DNA of 64,000 nt from Methanobacteriota archaeon. GTDB taxonomy: Archaea > Halobacteriota > Bog-38 > Methanoflorentales > Methanoflorentaceae. The stretch is from positions 1,120,001-1,184,000 of the forward strand of contig OY970393.1 in the NCBI GenBank assembly GCA_963720465.1. Reading direction: 5' to 3'. The notes under the pieces were generated by a model that made no database searches, was not told where the DNA came from, and was given only the letters and a program-made list of their open reading frames with translations. Of this stretch, positions 30,556 through 41,143 are shown in pieces (position 1 is the first letter of the stretch; every line of letters begins with the position of its first letter). The translations under genes were made by a program, and so were the position numbers.

Positions 30556-31209
30556 ATGCGGAGTTTTTTCACTAAGAATTACATTTCGAGTTTCGAAGCG
30601 CGACGCCAATGGTCCGCATTCCTCAAAAAATACCGACTGCCACTCTCTTTAAGGCGGGACTCAGCCTGGTCAATGGATGAAAAAGACTTCGAAGGAATTA
30701 TTGAGGTCTTGCACGGCCATAAAAGCAGCGAAAGCACGTTTCTTATTGAGCTCGGTGCAGGCGTTTCGACGCTCGTGCTCGCAAACCTTCTGCCGCGACT
30801 TTGTCACGATGTGCACATCATTTCCATCGAAGGTGATGAAAGCTACGCGCGTCAACTTCGAGACCGGATAAAGACCTATGAACTCGATCGCATCGTCAGC
30901 TTGCACCACGTCCCGTATGCGAACAGTGATGATGGCTGTTGGTTCAACAAGGACTCGCTCAGACGCGTTCTAGATGACAAGAAAGTCGATATCCTGCTCG
31001 TTGATGCCCCTCCTGGTGGGCTATGCCGCAATGCGCGACAGCCTGCGATTCCTTTTTTCCTGTCGTACCTAACACAAAACGGCGTTGTGCTTTTGCACGA
31101 CACGCACAGAGAAGACGAGTCCGCAATCGCTGACGGGTGGAGTCACTACTTCAATGTCCAGTATCGGATCGAAACGCCTCGCGGATTCGATGTTTTCGAA
31201 AGGCGCTGA
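30556..31209 (+). CDS. Class I SAM-dependent methyltransferase (Methyltransf_24-like)
   Basis: IELGAGVST, LLVDAPPG and VLLHD motifs. Confidence 0.82.
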   Translation: MRSFFTKNYISSFEARRQWSAFLKKYRLPLSLRRDSAWSMDEKDFEGIIEVLHGHKSSESTFLIELGAGVSTLVLANLLPRLCHDVHIISIEGDESYARQLRDRIKTYELDRIVSLHHVPYANSDDGCWFNKDSLRRVLDDKKVDILLVDAPPGGLCRNARQPAIPFFLSYLTQNGVVLLHDTHREDESAIADGWSHYFNVQYRIETPRGFDVFERR

Positions 31210-31439
31210 TGAGGTTGGCCAAGCTTCTTCATTAGCGGTTGCGAAGTAATGCGCTACGGTGATCTCACTGTTAGAAACCCGAAGAAGTGGCTCTTCGATC
31301 AGCTGCCTTCTAGAGACAGGTGTGTAGCGGCAAACAGCGCCCTGCCGGCTCATCTATTTTCCCCGACGAGGTTCTGGATTATCCACTCTCGAGCACGGGT
31401 CCTTCGGCTGCTCATCTTATCTTCTGATTTCAGCTCGCA

Positions 31440-31700
31440 CCGACAACAGACGCCTGAACATCCGGAGTACATCTCTCTCATCGTGCCATTGCTGTCAGCC
31501 TTGTTGCGCCACGTTATCGGTACTTCCACAATCGCCAAATCCTATTTTGTGGGCTGTATCAAATGCAAAACTATCACAGTTGATACTGAGGGCGTCCCAT
31601 AAACTGCGCCGAAACGCCTTGCATCCACACTGAAGGTCGCGCTTTGGCAGCCTGAACAACTAAATCGCAGGTTGAAAAAGCCATGACAGTGATGTCAGCG
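31440..31700 (-). pseudogene. Relic of a dolichyl-phosphate glucosyltransferase-like GT2 C-terminus
   Basis: Manual translation gives RDLQCGCKAFRR...FAFDT, then a shifted frame AIVEVPITWRNK (cf. DTQCGFKAF, EVPI.W). Confidence 0.6.
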
Positions 31701-31723
31701 CGCGTTAAACTGCAGATAATCTT

Positions 31724-31757
31724 GCTTTTTGTTTGCATTAGCTTTTTGTTTGCATTA
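31724..31757. repeat. 17-bp tandem duplication
   Basis: gctttttgtttgcatta x2. Confidence 0.8.
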
Positions 31758-32010
31758 GCACCGACCTAAGCACAGATGAAACGCTCCATGACGGAATACT
31801 AGGATACGCGTTATCGTAGCTAGCAACACGATGACGGAACATTTGCATTGATGGCCGTGTTCTGTTCGAGCAATGCGAGCACGTTCACGCGGCTATCTCT
31901 TTGCAATCAGTCGCGGTGGCCGCCACGTGCAGTAGCACACAGAGCCTAGTCAAAAACGACGCTAATAAGCGGAAAGTATGAGCAAGTCGGATTGAACGTC
32001 GCCGCGGTGC

Positions 32011-33372
32011 CTATTCTGTTCGCTCTGCTGCGAGAGAGTCACCGCCCAAACCGACCGCACTAAATATTAGCCTCTCGCGGAACTGCAGTGGGTCAAAAAT
32101 TCGCCGAGCGTCGACCACCACCGCCTTAGCCATATGTTCAATGAAGTCATCTGGCGTTAACGCTTTGAATTCCTCCCATTCCGTTGCTACAACACAACAG
32201 TGAGCTCCGGTTAAACAGACGGAAATCGAGTCTGCGCATTCGAGCGCCTCAAATCCTGGGAGGAGGATCTCCTTAACAACGGGATCGTACGCGCTCACGT
32301 GCGCTCCGGCGGCCATAAGCTGCTTGGCGATCTTCAAAGACGGCGCTTCCCGCAGGTCATCAGTGTTCGGCTTAAATGCGAGACCAAGAAGGGCCACTTT
32401 CTTGCCTTCGGGCGCACCGAGAGAGGAGAGAGCCAGCTGTGCGATGTGGCGCGCTTGCGCTTCGTTGACGGTCAAGACCGCGCGCAACAGAGGCGCTCGA
32501 TAGCCGCGTCCTTCGGCAAAGTTGCACAGCGCCCTGGCATCCTTAGGCAAACATGAACCGCCAAACCCGGCCCCAGCCTTGAGAAACTGCGGACTAATTC
32601 GCGGATCCAGTCCGACGCCTGCCATGACCTGCGAAACGTCAACCCCAGCGACCCCCTCGCAGACATTTGCCATCTCGTTTGCGTAGGATATCTTCGTCGC
32701 GAGAAACACGTTGCTTGCGTATTTCACCATTTCTGCCGATTCGAGGCCCATTTTCAAGACAGGAACGGAGCGAGCGTGAAAGTCATCAAGCAGATCCTCA
32801 AGCAATTCCCCCGATCTTCTGTCGTACTCACCGATGATGACGCGGTCCGGATACAGCGTATCCTCGAGTGCCGAGCCCTGCCGCAAGAATTCAGGGTTTA
32901 CGCAGAGCCCAAAGTCGCGTCCAGCAGCGAGACCTGACGTTCTCTCGATCGCTGGCTTCACGACCTCTCGTGTCGTGCCTGGGGTGACGGTACTCTTGAC
33001 CACCACTACGTGGTAGGTGTCCTCTTTCCGCAATGCCCTGCCGATGTCCTCACTCGCGCTGATGACACAACGCAGATCTATCGTTCCATCTCGCTGACTG
33101 GGCGTCGCAACGGTTATGAAGCTGACATCAGTTTCAGAAACGGCTTTCGCGCGACTGATTTCAGCACGTAGGTGTTTTGATCGGATGCAGTGCTTAACGG
33201 CATCATCCAGTCCTGGCTCGTAAAACGGCGCTCGCTCAGCGTTGATCGTCCGCACGCGCTCTTCGTTCTGCGTGGAAGCAATAACGTGATATCCACGAGA
33301 TGCAAAACCGATGGCCGTGCTCAATCCAACGTAACCTGTCCCAACGATCGATACGCGTCGCATCGAATTCAC
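32011..33372 (-). CDS. ugd: UDP-glucose/GDP-mannose dehydrogenase family protein (AglM-like)
   Basis: GTGYVG, VKSTV, NPEFLRQG, KYASN, GFGGSCLPKD and GLAFKPNTDDLRE motifs. Confidence 0.93.
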   Translation of the reverse strand: MNSMRRVSIVGTGYVGLSTAIGFASRGYHVIASTQNEERVRTINAERAPFYEPGLDDAVKHCIRSKHLRAEISRAKAVSETDVSFITVATPSQRDGTIDLRCVISASEDIGRALRKEDTYHVVVVKSTVTPGTTREVVKPAIERTSGLAAGRDFGLCVNPEFLRQGSALEDTLYPDRVIIGEYDRRSGELLEDLLDDFHARSVPVLKMGLESAEMVKYASNVFLATKISYANEMANVCEGVAGVDVSQVMAGVGLDPRISPQFLKAGAGFGGSCLPKDARALCNFAEGRGYRAPLLRAVLTVNEAQARHIAQLALSSLGAPEGKKVALLGLAFKPNTDDLREAPSLKIAKQLMAAGAHVSAYDPVVKEILLPGFEALECADSISVCLTGAHCCVVATEWEEFKALTPDDFIEHMAKAVVVDARRIFDPLQFRERLIFSAVGLGGDSLAAERTE

Positions 33373-33669
33373 GTGCGTGACTATTCACTTAAATATTGCG
33401 TTGAGGTTGAGTGCACCGATACGGTCTCCGCGGCCATTGCAGACCGCACCGCAAATCACAAAGCTTTTCAAGACAGGCCATTCTAGAGTCCTTGGCGTAC
33501 TTCAGCCGCGAAGGCACGTCAACCTCGTCAAGTTGCTGGCTTTGCACGAACAAAAGGGTCGTCTTGTGTGAAACAAGCGACCATTAATGCGTGGCGCAGC
33601 TCGACCGCGGACTGAGTGCGGTCGCAGCAATGAAGGCCGGGCGAGCGCGCCACAGTCAGGGAGAGGCTA

Positions 33670-34545
33670 ATGATAAAAAAAGCGGTAATACCGGCAGCCG
33701 GGTTGGGCACGCGGTTTCTTCCCGCCACCAAGGTACAGCCGAAAGAAATGCTGCCTATTGTGGATAAGCCGGTCATCCAATTTGTCGTTGAAGAGGCAAT
33801 CGCATCCGGGATTGATGACATCATCATCATCACCGGACGAGGAAAAAGGACGATCGAGGACTACTTTGACCTCTCTCCGGAGCTCGAGAGTTATTTGCTC
33901 AACACAAGTAAGCATCAGCAACTCGACGAGGTACGAACGATCTCCACGTTAGCTGATATACACTACATACGACAGAAAGAGCCACGAGGACTTGGGGATG
34001 CTATTTTAAAAGCAGAAAAGCACGTCGGCGCTGTGCCGTTTGCCGTGTTACTGGGCGATGATATCATACGATCTGACGTTCCTTGTATTAAGCAACTCAC
34101 GAACCTTTTTGCGAAGAAGAGCAACCCGCTGATTGCTGTGGAAAACGTTACACAAGACAAGATACCAAACTACGGCATAATCGAAGGGGAACGAGTGAGC
34201 AATTCGCTTTATCGCCTCAACAACGTTATTGAAAAGCCGACGCTACAGCAAACTCGCTCGCGCTTGGGCATCGTCGGCCGGTATCTGATGACTCCTGACC
34301 TCTTTGATTGCATCAGAGAGGTTCCTCATCGCGTGAAAGACGAACTGCAGCTGACTGATGCAATTAAAATCCTCCTGAATAAGCGCGACGTCTACGCGCA
34401 TGTGATAGAGGGAAAACGATACGACGCAGGGGATAAGATTGGTTATCTAAAAGCAGTGATTGACTTTGCGTTGGAACGAGACGATTTGAGGGGTGAATTA
34501 GCTCAATACCTAGCCGAAAAGGCTTCCGTTTCAAAGGACCACTGA
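33670..34545 (+). CDS. galU: UTP--glucose-1-phosphate uridylyltransferase (AglF-like)
   Basis: KAVIPAAGLGTRFLPATK, QKEPRGLGDA, LLGDD, VIEKP and ELQLTDAI motifs. Confidence 0.96.
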   Translation: MIKKAVIPAAGLGTRFLPATKVQPKEMLPIVDKPVIQFVVEEAIASGIDDIIIITGRGKRTIEDYFDLSPELESYLLNTSKHQQLDEVRTISTLADIHYIRQKEPRGLGDAILKAEKHVGAVPFAVLLGDDIIRSDVPCIKQLTNLFAKKSNPLIAVENVTQDKIPNYGIIEGERVSNSLYRLNNVIEKPTLQQTRSRLGIVGRYLMTPDLFDCIREVPHRVKDELQLTDAIKILLNKRDVYAHVIEGKRYDAGDKIGYLKAVIDFALERDDLRGELAQYLAEKASVSKDH

Positions 34546-34702
34546 AATGTCTGCACTGAGTACAATTTACTGCACGCGCCCTCCACGTCGTTTTGGAGCT
34601 GCTGACACTAGGACGATGCGAGTAAGCACTACGCGGCCGTTTACAAAGAGAGCCAACGCTGAGTTGTGCAATGAAGAAGCGCATTGAAAAACCAGTGCTC
34701 CT

Positions 34703-34809
34703 GTCGCTTTAACGAGAATAACCTCATCAACGCTGTCTTCGTTGTGCGCGCGCTGCAGCAAGTAGTGGGCATCGCCTTCGAGCACCTCGTAGAGCTCCGG
34801 ATACGTGTA
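34703..34809 (-). pseudogene. Diverged internal fragment of glucose-6-phosphate isomerase
   Basis: Encodes YTYPELYEVLEGDAHYLLQRAHNEDSVDEVILVKAT, matching ~36922..37028 with mostly synonymous differences. Confidence 0.88.
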
Positions 34810-34955
34810 TACATCGAGCTGCCGGCGTCGTAGGGCTACTCAAGCCAGCGGCGCATCAATAAACCCTTTTTAGGCAATACACATCGCCGACTCATTATCG
34901 CACATAGGCGTTTCAGCACGTCACCTACTTGTAAAGAAAGAGAAGAGGGATGGGA

Positions 34956-36206
34956 TTAGCTCTGCCTTCTCACTATGTAAGCGGCGATTACGAGTCCGAC
35001 AAAAAAGAGTCCGACAAAAACGATGGCGACCTCGAAGCCGGGCGTCGCGCCCTGACTTGTTGCCGCAGCTGCGTTGCCGATGGCGTAGACGTTGTTCTCC
35101 GCGCTCCCCACGTACACCGTGCCGTTGGCGACGGCGGGAGAGGCGACCACGAAGTGTCCAGTCGTGTAGTTCCAGAGCTGGGCCCCGGTGGTGGCGTTGA
35201 GGGCGTAGACGTTGCCATCAAGGCTCCCGACGTAGACCACCCCGTTGGCAGCGGCGGGAGAGGAGAGCACCTCATCTCCGGTCGCGTAGCTCCAGCGCTT
35301 CGCCCCGGTGGTGGCGTTGAGGGCGTAGACGTTGTTATCCTCGCTTCCCACGTACACCGTGCCGTTGGCGACGGCCGGGGATGAATAAACCTCGGCTCCT
35401 GTCGTATAGTTCCACAGCTTCGCCCCGGTGGTGGCGTTGAGGGCGTAGACGTTGTTATCCTCGCTTCCCACGTACACCGTGCCGTTGGCGACGGCGGGGG
35501 AGGAGACCTCCGCGCTTCTGGTCGTGTAGTTCCAGAGCTGGGCCCCGGTGGTGGCGCTGAGAGCGTAGACGTTGTTGTCATTGCTCCCCACGTACACCGT
35601 GCTGTTGGCGACGGCGGGAGAGGAGACCACCGCGCTTCTGGTCGTGAAGCTCCACACGAAGACCCCGGTGGTGGCGTTGAGAGCGTAGACGTTGTTATCC
35701 TCGCTTCCCACGTAGACCATCCCGTTAACGACGGCAGGAGAGGAAAGAACGGGGTCTCCGGTCGTGTAGTTCCACAGCTTCGCCCCGCTGGTGGCGTTGA
35801 GGGCGTAGACGTTGCGGTCCTCGCTCCCCACGTAGACGACGCCGTTTGCAATGGCGGGGGAAGAAGGGGAAGAGTACACATTGTTTCTCGTCGCGAAGCT
35901 CCACGTCTGCTTGCCGGTGGTGGCGTTGAGGGCGTAGATGTTGCCATCATCGCTCCCAACGTAGACGACGCCGTTTGCAATGGCGGGGGAGGATTCCACC
36001 GCGCCACTGGTTGTGTAGGTCCACTTCAACTGGATGTTTGGCTGAACAGACCCCGCCACGGGGCTGTAATCGCCGGTGTGCTGGGCGCTGTAGCGGAACT
36101 GCATCGTATCGTACTGCGCTGCTGCGGGAACGGTTGCAACGCCTGCAAATAGCACGGCAATGAGAAGAATGACTACAGAAAATGAAACGGTTTTGTATAC
36201 GCGCAT
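34956..36206 (-). CDS. PQQ-like (BamB-type) 8-bladed beta-propeller surface protein with PGF-CTERM
   Basis: Signal peptide MRVYKTVSFSVVILL (ATG 36206); eight ~40-aa SSPAVANGTVYVGS..NNVYALNATTG..W repeats (120-bp period); tail TPGFE + TM helix + RR. Confidence 0.9.
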   Translation of the reverse strand: MRVYKTVSFSVVILLIAVLFAGVATVPAAAQYDTMQFRYSAQHTGDYSPVAGSVQPNIQLKWTYTTSGAVESSPAIANGVVYVGSDDGNIYALNATTGKQTWSFATRNNVYSSPSSPAIANGVVYVGSEDRNVYALNATSGAKLWNYTTGDPVLSSPAVVNGMVYVGSEDNNVYALNATTGVFVWSFTTRSAVVSSPAVANSTVYVGSNDNNVYALSATTGAQLWNYTTRSAEVSSPAVANGTVYVGSEDNNVYALNATTGAKLWNYTTGAEVYSSPAVANGTVYVGSEDNNVYALNATTGAKRWSYATGDEVLSSPAAANGVVYVGSLDGNVYALNATTGAQLWNYTTGHFVVASPAVANGTVYVGSAENNVYAIGNAAAATSQGATPGFEVAIVFVGLFFVGLVIAAYIVRRQS

Positions 36207-36240
36207 GACTCGAACGTTCGTTGGCCTAAAAAATGTCAAA

Positions 36241-36346
36241 GGATAATAAAGGCTCCGATTTGAAACCGGTAGCGAGAGGCAGCACTCAATGCGCTCTGGG
36301 CCTTGAAATCGAAAAAGAAATAATGAGCTAGGAACTACGGAGAGGC
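36241..36346 (-). promoter_or_regulatory. Repeated upstream/promoter module, copy P2
   Basis: taaaggctccgatttgaaaccggtagcgagaggcagcactcaatgcg...ccttgaaat is shared with 43138 and 46655; reads CTTTAT on the minus strand ~40 bp before the ATG. Confidence 0.7.
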
Positions 36347-36350
36347 TTCG

Positions 36351-36521
36351 CTCCTGAGAGAGCGTTGTGCCGCTACTCAAGGTGGCGTTGAAGGTGACCT
36401 GCTGGTTGACAACGGGAGTGCGGTTTGACGCGGTGAGGGTGAGCGCGGTCGACATCTTAGTGACGTTCACGTTCACCGTGTTGCTCGTGGCGTTCAGGTA
36501 CGTAGCGTTGCCGTCGTAGCG
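36351..36521 (-). pseudogene. Relic of stalk Ig repeats (B end + A start) abutting the promoter module
   Basis: YDGNATYLNATSNTVNVNVTKMSTALTLTASNRTPVVNQQVTFNATLSSGTTLS, truncated. Confidence 0.85.
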
Positions 36522-36569
36522 GTGCATTGGGCGTCCTCGTCGGCCGCTTATGCCCCCCATCGCCTCAGC

Positions 36570-37337
36570 TTAGCGATTGTAGAGTTCCTGAAAGAGCTCG
36601 GTGTGCCTCTCTGGCACCGTAAGGAACTCCAGGAGGTGGGGCTCTTCGATAAGCTCGTACATCGGTTTTCGTTTTATCAGCCCTTGGTCGGGCACCTCGA
36701 CCGGGTAGGCGACCCTGATCTCCGGCACGCGATGATACGCTCTGTTGTGCAACAATCTGCCGTTGATGAGCTCATAGTACGCGCCGCCGTGGAGAGCGGC
36801 GTAGGGCTCGTAGAGTGACTCGAACGACCGGCACACCCAATTGGCCATTTTGAGCGTTCGTTCAGACGGATTGATCGTCACGTGACCGTAATTCGGCGGG
36901 ATGATGACCTTGTCGCCCCGCGTCGCCTTAACTAGAATAACCTCATCAACGTTGTCTTCGTTGTGCGCGCGTTGCAGCAGGTAGTGGGCGTCTCCTTCGA
37001 GCACCTCGTAGAGCTCCGGATACGTATACCGAAGCTTCGGATTGACGCGCGGGTGGTAGTGCCCGTACGTCTTGACGAACTCAAGCCCCATGTTGAACGG
37101 GGGGATGATCGTAATGTCATAGCGGAGCTGATGATGTACAATGGTCTCCGAGTCCGCGGGGGTAAGCGTAAGGTCACGATACATGTAGTACGCATCGCGA
37201 TCCGGCGCCGCCTCAAACCACGCACTGTCGAAGGCGACGTCACGAAGGCCGTACAGCCGCCTGACGTCCGGTTCGATCAGCTGTTCTCCAAACTTGAGCT
37301 TCATGACTTTTTCGCTCCCAAACCGAGGAATGGCCAT
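36570..37337 (-). CDS. pgiA: Cupin-type (archaeal) glucose-6-phosphate isomerase
   Basis: YYMYR, LRYDITIIP, KTYGHYHP, YPELYEVLEG, IPPNYGHVTIN and HGGAYY motifs. Confidence 0.9.
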   Translation of the reverse strand: MAIPRFGSEKVMKLKFGEQLIEPDVRRLYGLRDVAFDSAWFEAAPDRDAYYMYRDLTLTPADSETIVHHQLRYDITIIPPFNMGLEFVKTYGHYHPRVNPKLRYTYPELYEVLEGDAHYLLQRAHNEDNVDEVILVKATRGDKVIIPPNYGHVTINPSERTLKMANWVCRSFESLYEPYAALHGGAYYELINGRLLHNRAYHRVPEIRVAYPVEVPDQGLIKRKPMYELIEEPHLLEFLTVPERHTELFQELYNR

Positions 37338-37813
37338 TCAATTTCTCACCGCTCCCTTAACTACCTTTCCGTTTTCGGACGTTGCTCCATAGGAGAGACG
37401 TAGCGATGCCGTGCGGCAGTCGAACAGTCGACAGCAAAAAACTACGGATGCTTATGCCAACGCACAGAGGACATTAATCGGAGATGCGTGCCGCGAGTTG
37501 AATTTTTTGAGGAATCTAGCAATGCTAATTTATCTTCAGCCCGTAGAATCTGCTCATAAGCGAGCTTGTTGTCAACCTTAAGTAATTTCTTTGAATACTG
37601 AGTAGGTAGATTTATGCTTGCCGGTTTCAATAACAGTGTGTTTTCGCCCCCACGGGTTGTGTCGCAGCGTTTGCGGATAGTTCATCCGAGGCAGCACGGA
37701 GAGCACCAGCAGGCAGCACGGCTGAAAGATTGAATTTGTCAACTTTGCTATGCTAGGCTTTCATTTTTCAATACCAACGATCAAACTGGACATTCACGAA
37801 TGATGACGCAACG

Positions 37814-38905
37814 ATGAGAGAAGTTTGCGCAACAACAGTCGCCTACAACAATCCAAAAGAACTCACGCGCCTGCTCTTGTCACTTGCAAATCAAGGGCCG
37901 GCCTTAAGTGGACTCATCGTGATCGATAACTCAGATCATTGGAATGCAGCAGAAAACAGGAAAGTATTCGACACTCACTCTAAGCAATACCCATTTGCCC
38001 TCTATTATAAAACCAAAAGCAACGTGGGCTCAGCCGGCGGCTTCTACCGCGGAATGAAGATTGCCCACGAGAACGGTTTCGACTGGGTATGGCTCTTAGA
38101 TCAGGACGGAGTTATATCAGACCTCTGTCTGACTAAGTTGCTGAAGCGCGCCAGCAATGGCGATATTCTTTGTCCAAAATGGGTCGATATAGACCGGCCT
38201 GAGGTGATTTTAACATATGAGAGAGGCAAGAAAAACTTTTTTGGTCATTTGTGTCCCGTTCATTTGAGTGCGGACAAGTGCCAAATAGACGTTTTTGCAA
38301 CGCACGGGGTTCTAATTTCAAAGAAAGTCATGGACTCGATCGGGTATTATGACGGTTGCAACTTCTTTGTGGGATACGAAGATTACGATTACGCGCATCG
38401 AGCGCGAGAGGCGAAATTTGCGATTATAGCTGTCGATGCAGCTGAAGTCAGGCATCCGGAGACCCTCGCCGCAAAAAAGCGCAGAGAGGCTTTACTCAAA
38501 CAAGATGCAACCGCTCTACAAAAATCTGATCTAAACACGGTAAGCTCCACGAGGGTTGCAATTGGAGATGAGTTAAAGTCTGCGCTTGTCGCCAAGCTAC
38601 GTCCAGTGCGTCCAGCACATTTAGGTTACATAACTAATCCCAGTCGCAATCAGCGCTGTTGCCAGAAGGATAAGTCCTTAACGACCTTTTCAATGTTCTA
38701 TTTTTTCACTGAAAGCCTAAAAAGTTGGCAGTTTGCTATCGCATTTTTGTTCTCATGTTGTGAGCTGTTCAGCAAATTCGCAAGAGGAAATGAAATATGC
38801 GTGAAAAAAACGCTGAATGCTTACGTGAAATGCCTCGCGTCGAACAAGAGAAAGGAGTGGCCTTACGGCTGCGTTGAAGAATTCTGTCGGCACATCCTTG
38901 AATAG
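37814..38905 (+). CDS. Glycosyltransferase family 2 (rhamnosyltransferase-like)
   Basis: VIDNS, NVGSAGGF, WLLDQD and YEDYDY motifs. Confidence 0.85.
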   Translation: MREVCATTVAYNNPKELTRLLLSLANQGPALSGLIVIDNSDHWNAAENRKVFDTHSKQYPFALYYKTKSNVGSAGGFYRGMKIAHENGFDWVWLLDQDGVISDLCLTKLLKRASNGDILCPKWVDIDRPEVILTYERGKKNFFGHLCPVHLSADKCQIDVFATHGVLISKKVMDSIGYYDGCNFFVGYEDYDYAHRAREAKFAIIAVDAAEVRHPETLAAKKRREALLKQDATALQKSDLNTVSSTRVAIGDELKSALVAKLRPVRPAHLGYITNPSRNQRCCQKDKSLTTFSMFYFFTESLKSWQFAIAFLFSCCELFSKFARGNEICVKKTLNAYVKCLASNKRKEWPYGCVEEFCRHILE

Positions 38906-39123
38906 AGTTAGGCTTTGCACGAAGCCAGCAAGGTGCAAGCAAATGACCGTCGGCTTGAAAGCGTTTAACAATCGCTTAAAAGTTTTTTAAGTTGAGACGG
39001 TAAAAAGCTGCATTTCCTCGCGGCTCACTACTAGTTTTGCATTTGATTTATTTAGGTTGACGTGTCGGTCAAGGGAACTCATTAGATAAGAAGTATCTGT
39101 CGAGTTTGAAGCTGCGAATCACC

Positions 39124-40575
39124 TTAGTAAGTGCCCCTGTAAATCCCATAAATGAGTTTGAGCTCTCGTATGGTGAAACCCCGCAGCGCAAGCAAAATAG
39201 CCAGATAGAGTACTGCGGCAAGTGCGATCGATACGAGTATGCTCAGGAGCCCAGAGGGATTCCATAAGAGTAAAAATAGGGCCATAATACTCGAGCCGCA
39301 GACACTTTTCACGATGAATCCTTTGCTCACGTCAAACGTAAAATATCTTAGCGAGTAGTGTGTAGTCAACAGGAAAGCGAGCAGGAATGCGAGGAAAGTG
39401 GTCAGTGCGGCAGCTACGAGGCCCAGATAGGGGATAAGTACTAAGTTTAGACCGAAATTCAACACGGCACTGAGTAGCCATATCGTGCCAATGACGGCAG
39501 TCTTCTTTTTTAATGCGATTATCGTAACAAGCACCCCGTACGCTCCAATGAGCGCAAATCCTGCTGCAACAAACGGAGTGACTAAATAGCCGTTTGTTGC
39601 AATCTGCTGCGTGGTTAACACAAGCAAAAGAGGCTTTGACAAAACCGACAAGGCAAAAACGCAAGGTAATGCTATTCCCGCATAATACTTCAGTGAATAC
39701 GTCAAGATCGTGCGTACATCCGCTATATTGTTGTCGTCGTAGTATTTTGAGAGGACCGGCGGAAGCAGTGTCGCTAATGGTGCTGAGACCATGCCGATGG
39801 CAGCCCCTAGGTTATATCCCGGCGAATAATAGCCGACCGCTGCGGCACCTAAAAAAAACGCAATGAGATAGCGATCGCTTGAATTTACGACCCAAACCGA
39901 TAGATTGCCCGGCACTAAAGGTAAGCCATAAGCGAGGTATTGTCTCGCGTGCTTAAAGGTGGGGATCGCAAAACCAATCTCCGCGGCGATGGGATACATT
40001 ATCACGGCCAATACCACAAGTTGCTGGATTAAGAGTGCGATCACCGCGCCCTCCAATCCGTAACCCGAAAGAACGAAATAAGCAACCAGAGCCGTGTTTA
40101 GGTACGCGTTGAAAAAGCTTAGGACAGCGTACCGTTTGATCTGCTGGAATGTTACAAAATACTGCATGACATAAACAGTCAGGCACGCAATGAAGACGTT
40201 CGGTACAAGCAGCAGGGCTATGGCCGTATTGTTATGAAATAAGCTTGCCGCGATTTGTGGCACAAATAAAAAGAGCAGCACAGAAATAATCGAGCTTGTA
40301 AGCACTACGATGAATCCCATGGAGTAGAACGCCTCGCGGATGTCACGTTTGTCCGTCGCTGCAGCAAGAAATCGAGTCATTGCGGCTGGTAGCCCTAAAC
40401 TCACAAGCACAGGCAATAGGCTGATTGTAATAAGGATCAAAGCCCAAGCTCCATAGTCAGCTATAGGGAGGGTTTTTGTCAGAATAGGGAGCAGAATGAT
40501 ATTGCTGAGATATACAAGTGGAGATATTAACGAGGTCAACCCCAGTCGCCGAACAGTGAGTGTATATTTTGCCAT
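39124..40575 (-). CDS. Oligosaccharide flippase (Wzx/RfbX/AglR-like)
   Basis: 483 aa, many TM helices; LLPILTK, DYG.W, LGLPAAMTRF, SDRYLI and GYYSPGY motifs. Confidence 0.9.
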   Translation of the reverse strand: MAKYTLTVRRLGLTSLISPLVYLSNIILLPILTKTLPIADYGAWALILITISLLPVLVSLGLPAAMTRFLAAATDKRDIREAFYSMGFIVVLTSSIISVLLFLFVPQIAASLFHNNTAIALLLVPNVFIACLTVYVMQYFVTFQQIKRYAVLSFFNAYLNTALVAYFVLSGYGLEGAVIALLIQQLVVLAVIMYPIAAEIGFAIPTFKHARQYLAYGLPLVPGNLSVWVVNSSDRYLIAFFLGAAAVGYYSPGYNLGAAIGMVSAPLATLLPPVLSKYYDDNNIADVRTILTYSLKYYAGIALPCVFALSVLSKPLLLVLTTQQIATNGYLVTPFVAAGFALIGAYGVLVTIIALKKKTAVIGTIWLLSAVLNFGLNLVLIPYLGLVAAALTTFLAFLLAFLLTTHYSLRYFTFDVSKGFIVKSVCGSSIMALFLLLWNPSGLLSILVSIALAAVLYLAILLALRGFTIRELKLIYGIYRGTY

Positions 40576-41143
40576 TTACTTGGCCTGTCCTGCGCGATAC
40601 AATGCGATCGGTGGCTTACTGTAATATTCGGCCGTTTTTTTACCTGCCGTTGTCACGCAAAGCTCGCGCTAGATCACAAAGATGGTGGAGTTGACCTTCA
40701 ATCCATCTTCGCGTAGTCTCTCTTTTTCGCAATGTCTTTAACTCTCCCAGCGTACGTCGCTAGCCTTTGAAAGAGTACCTGGGATAATGCACCGTTTATA
40801 CCTCTTCACGAAATGCGTGCGCTATATTTGATTCTTCATTCTAATAGCAAGCAAATTAACAAATACCCATTGGTTAGAATTGATACTGACATACAAAAAC
40901 ACCAAATTACTTTAACGATTGTTCGGCTCTGTCATTTTGATGCAGCCCGGAAGAGGTTACTTTTGGACGAGTCTAAGGAACAAAATCAAATACAGGCGTT
41001 TGCCGAAGCTCAAATTCATTGGCTTTATGCTCTTCTTACTCAAGGCAGTGCTTGCATTAAACTAAATCGACCTGCAAACAGCACGTCCAGGGCGTCAGGT
41101 TCCTCAATGCTCGCTCACCTTCCGTATCGTTTGTGCACATGCG

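Noticed and set aside
35080-36000. Regular 120-bp repeats that look CRISPR-like
   Set aside because: In-frame propeller blades with codon-position variation; no unique spacers and no cas genes.
34988-36007. 339-aa Pro/Thr-rich ORF and similar alternative-frame ORFs in stalks
   Set aside because: Off-frame translation of ACC/ACG/AAC-rich repeats.
36207-36560. N-terminal extension of the 534-aa ORF 34956..36560
   Set aside because: A chance in-frame read-through of a stalk relic and the promoter module; the signal peptide starts at 36206.
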